A stretch of 44,766 bases of DNA from Vectrevirus DIJ06P1. The stretch lies in the sequence record OZ035817.1. One strand, given 5' to 3'. Each line of letters starts with the position of its first letter. The stretch's first letter is position 1. The notes under the pieces were generated by a model. It saw only the letters and a list, made by a program, of their open reading frames with translations. It did not search any database and was not told the DNA's origin. Shown here piece after piece: positions 37,326 to 44,766 of this stretch. The translations under genes and the position numbers were made by a program.

Positions 37326-40273
37326 TGGCAATTGAGCGACAAGCAGTACAAGGTCTGCCACAAGTGCAGGCCACTTCTCCTAATGTCATGACCTTTGCAC
37401 CTCAGCGAGTTGGAGGTGTGGAGGCTGGCGTAGCTTCTACCTCCGGTAGTCGATTTATCGAAGACCTTATTCGAGCAGCCAGTAGTGTAGCTGATGTAAC
37501 CACTGGTATCCTTAATCAAAAGATTGAGGAAGATAAGGTTGTTCAAATGGAACGGGCATATAACGGATTAATGCCTTCTGAGGATGCAACTCGTGGTGGC
37601 GCTCGTGCTAACATGCTTGTCAAAGCTCAACTGCTAGCTAATGATGAAGCAGCACGAATGAAAGACATGGCTACTCGTTTCCAAGGGACGGATGACGAGT
37701 GGACACAACTTATGGTTGACTCTCGTAATGAGATGCAGAATAAGCTGTTCCAGCAATACCCTGAGTTGCAAGGTGACAAAGATACTATGCGTATGGTCAC
37801 TAATGTCTTCCAAGAACAGCAGCCTCAGATTTGGGCGACACGAACCCAGCATAAACTTGACCGTGAACAAGCAGACCGTGAGGATATCTTTGACGGGCGA
37901 GTGGCTTCTACTTGGGATTCTAATATTGACCCTGAAGCATCTGGCTATGCTTTACAGGAACGAATCCGCGAAGGTCTTACTCAAGGATTACTACCTGAAC
38001 AGATGCACAAGAAGTTAGTCCAGCGAGCAATTTCACTTGCACAAGGCGGTGATGTTAGCATGGCTGAAGCCCTGAAGTATGTGAAGGACGATAAGGGTGT
38101 TTCTGTTTATGCTAAGAATCCACAGCTTATCACAGCCATCACTAGTGGTAATGCAGTTTGGGCTAGGAATAATGTAGCTGATGTAACTCGTATGTCTTTC
38201 GAAGTTAAAGAATCCTACCTTGCAGGTGATTTAACTGATGAAGAATTGTTGGAACGAGCACAGCACATTAATAATCTGACAGGTAACTCTGTCTTCTCTA
38301 ATCCAGAGCTAGAGGCACTGATGCGCCAACGGGCTAAGCAGAATGCAGAGCTAGGTGCAATGCAGGATATGCGACGTGAGCTTTACTCCGACCGCCTGAC
38401 TGGCTTCCAAGGTAAGACTGATAAAGAGAAGAAGGCTTACATTGATGTTATCAAACAGGATAGCCAACTTTATGCAGACCAGCAAATCAAACAACGTGGC
38501 TTGGACCCTTACAGTCAAGAGGCTGAAGCTATTCGTGGTGCAGTGGAAGTGCAGCGCCTGCAATTCATGAACTCCAAAGGCTTAGTGGATGATACCTTTG
38601 AGTCTCGTATCAAAGCCATGGAATCTATGCTATCGCCTGAGCACTTTGCCAAGGGCGAACCACAGGAGTTGATGACTATTCGCCAGTTGTGGGAACAGTT
38701 GCCAGAAGAGAGCCGAGGTGTCTTTGGTGACACGGTGAATGGCTACATGGATAACTACAACACTGCACTACAAATGGGAGAGACACCTTTGCAGGCTGCA
38801 AGGTTTGCGCGTGAAGCACAGCAGAAATTCTCTCGTACTGAGAAGGAAACCAAGAAGTTCAACTCAGCTATTGGAGATGCACTGGATGAGGTATCTGGTG
38901 CTGGCTGGTTTGATGGTAAAACCGAAGTGTCAGACTTAGGTAAAGCTATTGCGGAAGAAGAGTTACGAGCTAAGGCCAATATGTTGTGGTCTAGTGGTAT
39001 GCGTAACATGGATTCTATCAAGAAGGCTTTAATTACTTGGGGCAATAAACGCTACACTCAAACAGAGGATGCAAAGACTTCCGGTGGCTATTTCATTAAA
39101 GGTGATTACACTTCTGCATCTGATATGCTTATGTCAGTTGGGAAAGGCGTAAACCCTACCGATGTACCTCTGGCGCTTGGTAGGTATGTAGAAACACAGA
39201 TGCCAGAATTGAAGAAGGAGCTTCAAGAGTGGGAAACTAAAGATGATATATACATTGATTACAATGAACAGAAAGGTACTTTCGTGATTCGTGCTGGTGC
39301 AGCAGGTCGCCCTCTTTCTGGAGTAATCCCTGTAACCTCTTTAGATACCACTTCACTACTAGATTCTGCCTATCAGAAGAAAGTAGAGGAACGAGATAAA
39401 GGCGAGTATGTTCACCCTTATCGTACAGATATTGGTGCACAAGAGCCTATGCCAGCTAAACCAACTGCCAAAGATATTGGTAAATTTGGACTAGCTAACT
39501 TCCTCATGTCTTCTGCTTTTGCTTCTGGTGAGAATCTGCCTTCTAACTTCGAGATTAACTATCGAGGTAATATGCAACAATTCTATGACAAGCTAGCTAT
39601 GGATGAGAATAAAGATAAAGTTGGCTTTAATAAGGCAACTGGAACCTTTACTCCATATAAAGATGCTCACGGTGAGTCTATCGGTTACGGTCATTTCTTA
39701 ACGGAAGAAGAGAAGCGAAACGGGTATATTAAGATTGGTGATGAACTAGTTCCCTATCGAGGGTCTATGTCTCAGCTTACAGAGAGCAAGGCTCGCGCTC
39801 TTATGGAGCAAGATGCCAAGAAGCATGTGCCTTCTACTCGTGACTGGAAGATTCCGTTTGACCAGATGCATCCTGCACAGCAACGTGGCTTGATGGATTT
39901 AACCTACAATTTAGGTAAAGGTGGAATCCAGAACTCACCGCGTGCTCTTGCTGCATTCAAAGCTGGTAAGCTTACGGAAGGCTTTATCGAAATGCTGGGC
40001 ACTGCATCAAGTGAAGGTAAGCGTATCCCTGGTCTACTGAAGCGACGCGCTGAGGCATACAATATGGCATCTGCTGGTGGTGTGCCTAAGATTACCGAAG
40101 TGGAGACTCGTGAAGATGGCTCCATGTGGGTTAGGTTTGGTGGACCTATGCCAGCAGGTTCTGTCTCGGCATGGACTCATAAACGTATTGGCGCGGATGG
40201 TTGGTATCAGGTTTATGAGGCTGCACCTACCAAGTTAGCTAAAGGTTCTAAGGTAGGTAAATTTAAGTTGTAG
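37325..40273 (+). CDS. internal virion protein with C-terminal lysozyme-like domain
   Basis: 982 aa; C-terminal segment DENKDKVGFNKATGTFTPYKDAHGESIGYGHFL parallels the T4 lysozyme catalytic region. Confidence 0.8.
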   Translation: MAIERQAVQGLPQVQATSPNVMTFAPQRVGGVEAGVASTSGSRFIEDLIRAASSVADVTTGILNQKIEEDKVVQMERAYNGLMPSEDATRGGARANMLVKAQLLANDEAARMKDMATRFQGTDDEWTQLMVDSRNEMQNKLFQQYPELQGDKDTMRMVTNVFQEQQPQIWATRTQHKLDREQADREDIFDGRVASTWDSNIDPEASGYALQERIREGLTQGLLPEQMHKKLVQRAISLAQGGDVSMAEALKYVKDDKGVSVYAKNPQLITAITSGNAVWARNNVADVTRMSFEVKESYLAGDLTDEELLERAQHINNLTGNSVFSNPELEALMRQRAKQNAELGAMQDMRRELYSDRLTGFQGKTDKEKKAYIDVIKQDSQLYADQQIKQRGLDPYSQEAEAIRGAVEVQRLQFMNSKGLVDDTFESRIKAMESMLSPEHFAKGEPQELMTIRQLWEQLPEESRGVFGDTVNGYMDNYNTALQMGETPLQAARFAREAQQKFSRTEKETKKFNSAIGDALDEVSGAGWFDGKTEVSDLGKAIAEEELRAKANMLWSSGMRNMDSIKKALITWGNKRYTQTEDAKTSGGYFIKGDYTSASDMLMSVGKGVNPTDVPLALGRYVETQMPELKKELQEWETKDDIYIDYNEQKGTFVIRAGAAGRPLSGVIPVTSLDTTSLLDSAYQKKVEERDKGEYVHPYRTDIGAQEPMPAKPTAKDIGKFGLANFLMSSAFASGENLPSNFEINYRGNMQQFYDKLAMDENKDKVGFNKATGTFTPYKDAHGESIGYGHFLTEEEKRNGYIKIGDELVPYRGSMSQLTESKARALMEQDAKKHVPSTRDWKIPFDQMHPAQQRGLMDLTYNLGKGGIQNSPRALAAFKAGKLTEGFIEMLGTASSEGKRIPGLLKRRAEAYNMASAGGVPKITEVETREDGSMWVRFGGPMPAGSVSAWTHKRIGADGWYQVYEAAPTKLAKGSKVGKFKL

Positions 40274-40290
40274 TATCTAACTCAAGGCTT

Positions 40291-40306
40291 GTCTCACATG
40301 TGAGAC
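40291..40306. repeat. palindrome GTCTCA-CATG-TGAGAC, copy f
   Basis: Extended context GGCTTGTCTCACATGTGAGACAGG identical to copy c. Confidence 0.7.
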
Positions 40307-40337
40307 AGGTCTTTATGATAGGCACTATGGAGGAATT

Positions 40338-43300
40338 ATGGAACAAGACATTAAGACTAATTGGGCTGGATATGTCCAGTCTACTCCTGAGCCGTTTTCT
40401 ATTGAGGCGGCTCCGGTATCGGCTCCTACGATACGCCAGCGTAATGAGTTACAAGAGCAAGTTCTTGAAGCTAAAGCTGATGCTGATATCTTAGGTGCTG
40501 TAGGTGCTGCCTTCCAGAATGAGTGGTTGGCATTCGGAGGCAAGCGGTGGTATGACCGTGCCACTGCTGATTTCACACCTCAACCAGACTTCGAGATACA
40601 ACCTGAGCAACGTGAAGCACTACGTTTCAAATATGGTACAGATATGATGCAGACAATCACTGAGGGTGTTCGTTCTGAGGATGAATTGAACTTCCGTATT
40701 CAGAATGCTGATGAAGACCTTGAGCGCAATAAGCGCATTGCTCAGGCTGGCTGGGTTGGCTCTGTGGCGACGATTGGCGCTGCTGTGCTTGACCCTGTGG
40801 GATGGGTTGCCTCTATTCCAACCGGTGGTGCCGCTAAAGTTGGACTCGTAGGCCGTGCTGTGCGTGGCGCTATCGCCGCTGGCGTAAGTAATGCCGCTAT
40901 TGAATCCGTATTGGTCCAAGGTGACATGACTCGTGATTTAGATGACATTATGGTAGCACTAGGCTCCGGTATGGCTATGGGTGGCGTTATTGGAGCTGTA
41001 GCGCGTGGTAAGGCCACTAAGCTCAGTGAGCAAGGAGATGACAGGGCTGCGAGCATTGTGCGCAGTGCAGACGCAGGGGACCGCTATGTGCGTGCTGTTG
41101 CTGATGATAGTATCGGTGCGATGCGTGTTAAGGGTGAAGAGGTACTCACTGAGGGTGCATTTGATATCTCTAGCAAAGGTGAAGATTTGCTGAAAACCCT
41201 ACAGCGGGAAGGTAATGCAATTGATATGACCCCTCGCCGCTGGGCCGGAACTCTGTCTGCCCTTGGTACTGTCGTACATTCCTCTCAGGATGCAAGTGTA
41301 CGCGGCCTTGGTGCTCGCCTGTTTGAGTCCCCCCAAGGCTTAGGTATGCAGAAGGCATCTGCTAGTCTCATGCAGAATACTAACTTGAACCGTCTGAAAT
41401 CTGCTGATATGAATCGTTTCAACGATGGGTTCGATTTATGGCTCAAAGAGAATAATATCAACCCGGTTGCAGGTCATACTAACTCTCACTATGTGCAGCA
41501 ATATAATGAGAAGGTATGGGAAGCTGTACGCATCGGTATGGACGAGTCTACGCCTAAGTCTATCCGTATGGCAGCAGAGGGGCAGCAAGCTATGTATCGT
41601 GAAGCATTAGCATTACGTCAACGCTCTGGTGAAGCTGGGTTTGAAAAGGTTAAAGCAGATGATAAGTACATGCCTGATATTTTTGACAGTATGAAGGCTC
41701 GTCGTCAATTCAGTATGCACGATAAAGAGGACATCATTGAGTTATTCTCTCGTGCATACCAGAATGGTTCTCGTAAGGTTCCAAAGGAAGTGGCTGATGA
41801 TATTGCACGAGCACAAGTAAACCGCGTTGCTGATGCCACCTTGACCGGACAGCTTAGCTTTGAAAAGGCTATGTCTGGTCAAACCAAAGCAGAATATGAA
41901 GCACTCATGCGCAAAGCAGGCTTTAGTGATGAAGAGATTGAAAAGATGGTAGAAGCTCTGGATAATAAAGAAACTAGAGATAATATCTCTAACCGAGCTA
42001 AGATGAGTTTAGGCTTAGATGTTACTCAAGAGTACAATGGTATTCGTATGCGTGACTTTATGAACACTAACGTGGAAGAGTTAACAGATAACTACATGAA
42101 GGAAGCGGCAGGTGGTGCTGCCTTGGCTCGTCAAGGTTTCTCTACCTATCAGGCTGCACTTAATGCAATTGATCTTGTAGAGCGAAATGCACGAAATGCA
42201 GCTAAAGATACAAAAGCACACGCACAATTTGAAGCGGAGTCGGCTAAGATCCGTCAATCAGAGCCTGATTACAAGAAGGCACAAGAGAAGATTGAAGAGT
42301 TAAAGAAGCGACTTAAATTGAAAGAGAAAGATGAAGCAGCAGGTCTGGCTATTGATGAAGAAATCCGTCAGATGCGAGAGGGGCTTCGCTTGATTATGGG
42401 TAAATCTATCGATTCAAACCCACAAGATTTGTCTACTAAAATGCTGCGTCGTGGGCGTGACATTACAGGTGTACTTCGCTTAGGTCAGATGGGCTTCGCA
42501 CAGCTAGGTGAACTTGCTAACTTCATGGGTGAGTTTGGTATTGCTGCCACCACTATGGCTTTAGGTAAGCAATTCCGCTTCACCTCTAAGGCGTTGCGTA
42601 ATGGCGATGGCTTCTTTCGAGATAAGAATTTAGCTGAGGTTGAGCGAATGGTAGGTTACATTGGTGAAGACAACTGGCTGACAACTAAGGGTGCGCGTCC
42701 CGATGAGTTTGGTGATGTAACCACAGTGCGAGGTATGATGGCCCATTTTGACCAGTCCATGAACTCTATACGACGTGCTCAGACAAACCTATCCCTCTTC
42801 CGCATGGCACAGGGTTCTCTGGAGCGAATGACCAATAGGCAAATAGCTTTGTCTTTCATTGACCACCTTGAAGGCAAGAAGATTATTCCTCAGAAGAAAC
42901 TGGAGGAACTTGGTCTTACTCAGGAGTTCATGACTAACCTACAGAAGCACTATGATGCTAACTCTAAAGGTTCTGGCTTGCTTGGCTTTGATACAATGCC
43001 TTATGCCATGGGTGAAACTTTAGCTAATGCTATTCGTCGTAAGTCAGGTCTAATTATCCAACGTAACTTCATTGGTGATGAAGGTATCTGGATGAACAAA
43101 GCACTAGGTAAGACATTTGCACAGCTTAAGTCATTCTCTCTTGTATCTGGTGAGAAGCAATTTGGTCGAGGGATTCGCCACGATAAAATTGGTCTTGCTA
43201 AGAAGACAGCTTATGGTTTTGCTTTGGGTTCAATAGTGTATGCGGCAAAAGCCTATGTGAACTCTATTGGTCGAGAAGATCAAGATGAATATTTGGAAGA

Positions 43301-43646
43301 GAAGTTATCGCCTAAAGGGTTGGCCTTTGGTGCAATGGGTATGATGAGTACAACTGCTGTATTTAGTCTAGGTGGAGATTTCTTAGGTGGCCTAGGTGTT
43401 CTACCTTCTGAGTTAGTACAATCCCGTTATGAGGCTGGCTTTCAGACTAAGGGTTTGATAGACCAAATACCACTAGTAGGTGTTGGTCAAGATGCATATC
43501 GTTTAGCAGATTCTATAACTAAATACGCAGAGGGTGATACAGAAGGTGTAGATGTGGCACGTAGGGCTTTACGCTTAGTGCCTCTAGCTAATGTAATAGG
43601 AATCCAGAACGCATTGCGTTATGGCTTAGATGAACTGGAGGATTAA
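40338..43646 (+). CDS. internal core protein (gp16-like)
   Basis: 1102-aa ORF last in the internal-protein series before the tail adaptor. Confidence 0.8.
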   Translation: MEQDIKTNWAGYVQSTPEPFSIEAAPVSAPTIRQRNELQEQVLEAKADADILGAVGAAFQNEWLAFGGKRWYDRATADFTPQPDFEIQPEQREALRFKYGTDMMQTITEGVRSEDELNFRIQNADEDLERNKRIAQAGWVGSVATIGAAVLDPVGWVASIPTGGAAKVGLVGRAVRGAIAAGVSNAAIESVLVQGDMTRDLDDIMVALGSGMAMGGVIGAVARGKATKLSEQGDDRAASIVRSADAGDRYVRAVADDSIGAMRVKGEEVLTEGAFDISSKGEDLLKTLQREGNAIDMTPRRWAGTLSALGTVVHSSQDASVRGLGARLFESPQGLGMQKASASLMQNTNLNRLKSADMNRFNDGFDLWLKENNINPVAGHTNSHYVQQYNEKVWEAVRIGMDESTPKSIRMAAEGQQAMYREALALRQRSGEAGFEKVKADDKYMPDIFDSMKARRQFSMHDKEDIIELFSRAYQNGSRKVPKEVADDIARAQVNRVADATLTGQLSFEKAMSGQTKAEYEALMRKAGFSDEEIEKMVEALDNKETRDNISNRAKMSLGLDVTQEYNGIRMRDFMNTNVEELTDNYMKEAAGGAALARQGFSTYQAALNAIDLVERNARNAAKDTKAHAQFEAESAKIRQSEPDYKKAQEKIEELKKRLKLKEKDEAAGLAIDEEIRQMREGLRLIMGKSIDSNPQDLSTKMLRRGRDITGVLRLGQMGFAQLGELANFMGEFGIAATTMALGKQFRFTSKALRNGDGFFRDKNLAEVERMVGYIGEDNWLTTKGARPDEFGDVTTVRGMMAHFDQSMNSIRRAQTNLSLFRMAQGSLERMTNRQIALSFIDHLEGKKIIPQKKLEELGLTQEFMTNLQKHYDANSKGSGLLGFDTMPYAMGETLANAIRRKSGLIIQRNFIGDEGIWMNKALGKTFAQLKSFSLVSGEKQFGRGIRHDKIGLAKKTAYGFALGSIVYAAKAYVNSIGREDQDEYLEEKLSPKGLAFGAMGMMSTTAVFSLGGDFLGGLGVLPSELVQSRYEAGFQTKGLIDQIPLVGVGQDAYRLADSITKYAEGDTEGVDVARRALRLVPLANVIGIQNALRYGLDELED

Positions 43647-44608
43647 TGAGTTATACTTTCACAGAACATATAGCCAACGGTACGCAAGTAACCTATCCCT
43701 TTAGCTTTGCTGGTAGGGATAAAGGTTATCTTCGTGCCTCAGATGTGATAGTGGAGTCTCTTCAAGGTAACACTTGGATTGAGGTTACATCTGGCTGGCA
43801 ACTAACTGGCACGCACCAGATTACTTTTGATGTAGCACCAGTTGCAGGTTTGAAGTTCCGTATTAGAAGGGAAGTACAAAAGGAGTATCCATACGCTGAG
43901 TTTGACCGTGGTGTTACCTTGGATATGAAGTCTTTAAATGGTTCTTTCATTCATATACTGGAGATTACACAGGAGTTACTTGACGGGTTTTATCCAGAAG
44001 GATACTTCATTAAACAGGATGTAAGCTGGGGCGGCAATAAGATTACTGATTTGGCTGATGGCACAAATCCTGGAGATGCAGTAAATAAAGGGCAGCTTGA
44101 TGCCATCGACAAGAAGCATACAGATTGGAACGCCAAACAGGACATTGAGATTGCTGGCCTTAAGGCTGGTATGACTTCTGGTATTGCGCACAGAACTGTT
44201 CCTTGGTACACGATAGCCCAAGGTGGTGAGATTTCCGTAAAACCACCTTATGAATTTCAAGATGCACTAGTTTTCCTTAATGGGGTGTTGCAGCACCAAA
44301 TTGTAGGCGCATACTCTATAAGCAACAACACTATCACTTTCGCAGAGCCGCTTGTGGCTGGTACAGAGGTGTATGTGCTGATTGGTAGTCGTGTGGCTAC
44401 ATCTGAACCTAATATTCAGTTAGAGTTGAACTTTGACTTAGTAGAAGGCCAACAAGTAGTACAGATTGGCTCTGCATTTAAGTACATTGAGGTCTACCTT
44501 GATGGATTATTACAACCTAAACTTGCTTATCAGGTAGACGGTGACATTGTTACTTTCTCAGAGGGAGTGCCAGAATGCCGGATGACTGCTAAGATTATCA
44601 CAGCATAA
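43646..44608 (+). CDS. tail fiber adaptor protein (gp17 N-terminal-domain-like)
   Basis: 320 aa; ATG overlaps the upstream stop; short protein suited to docking the separately encoded tailspikes. Confidence 0.7.
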   Translation: MSYTFTEHIANGTQVTYPFSFAGRDKGYLRASDVIVESLQGNTWIEVTSGWQLTGTHQITFDVAPVAGLKFRIRREVQKEYPYAEFDRGVTLDMKSLNGSFIHILEITQELLDGFYPEGYFIKQDVSWGGNKITDLADGTNPGDAVNKGQLDAIDKKHTDWNAKQDIEIAGLKAGMTSGIAHRTVPWYTIAQGGEISVKPPYEFQDALVFLNGVLQHQIVGAYSISNNTITFAEPLVAGTEVYVLIGSRVATSEPNIQLELNFDLVEGQQVVQIGSAFKYIEVYLDGLLQPKLAYQVDGDIVTFSEGVPECRMTAKIITA

Positions 44609-44617
44609 GGAGGTAGG

Positions 44618-44766
44618 ATGATTAACTCCGAACTGGTAGATAGTGGTGTGAAGCTTGCGCCACCTGCACTCGTATCAGGTGGGTACTTCCTCGGTATCAG
44701 TTGGGATAATTGGGTGTTAATAGCAACATTCATTTATACCGTGTTGCAAATTGGGGACTGGTTTTA
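44618..44766 (+). CDS. class II holin (T7 gp17.5-like), truncated by the window end
   Basis: ATG after AGGAGGTAGG; hydrophobic core LAPPALVSGGYFLGISWDNWVLIATFIYTVLQIG resembles T7 holin; the frame continues without a stop to the last base. Confidence 0.6.
   Translation, partial: MINSELVDSGVKLAPPALVSGGYFLGISWDNWVLIATFIYTVLQIGDWF

Noticed and set aside
1-44766. Prophage or integrative element (integrase, attachment sites, repressor)
   Set aside because: No integrase, recombinase or repressor-like ORF found; gene content and order are those of a virulent T7-supergroup phage.
1-44766. tRNA or other structured RNA genes
   Set aside because: No cloverleaf-like segment with conserved T-loop or anticodon features was seen in the intergenic regions; I could not run a tRNA scan, so small ncRNAs are not excluded.

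Overview
The window reads as an essentially complete, circularly permuted genome (about 44.8 kb) of a lytic SP6-like podophage of the T7 supergroup, probably infecting Enterobacteriaceae. All credible genes are on the + strand and tightly packed, many with overlapping stop/start codons. Roughly 13 copies of an SP6-type single-subunit RNAP promoter (consensus ATTTAC(C/T)GGACACTATAGAAG) punctuate the map. Order in the window: small terminase, an inserted HNH endonuclease, large terminase, two paralogous small ORFs, a lysis cassette (M15-type peptidase, spanin-like pair), two tailspikes with C-terminal chaperone domains, then a non-coding terminus/packaging region with CTTAGT repeats (about 8.8-9.6 kb). 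After that come the early region (sigma70-like promoters, a clear Ocr homolog, SP6-type RNAP, terminator), a putative primary origin, the DNA metabolism genes (primase-helicase, DNA polymerase, exonuclease, endonuclease VII, ligase), accessory genes (metallophosphoesterase, Zn-ribbon protein, GNAT acetyltransferase) and the structural module (portal, scaffold, capsid, tail tube A/B, internal virion proteins, adaptor, holin). The holin ORF runs off the window end and appears to continue in frame at position 1. No single novel system could be confirmed without searches. The most unusual items are a GTCTCA-N4-TGAGAC palindrome found six times at gene boundaries, a small acidic ORF boxed by a promoter and a capsid-type terminator, the tandem paralogs after the terminase, and several accessory enzymes. 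All product calls rest on motifs I recognise by eye and on T7/SP6 synteny; nothing was searched or computed.
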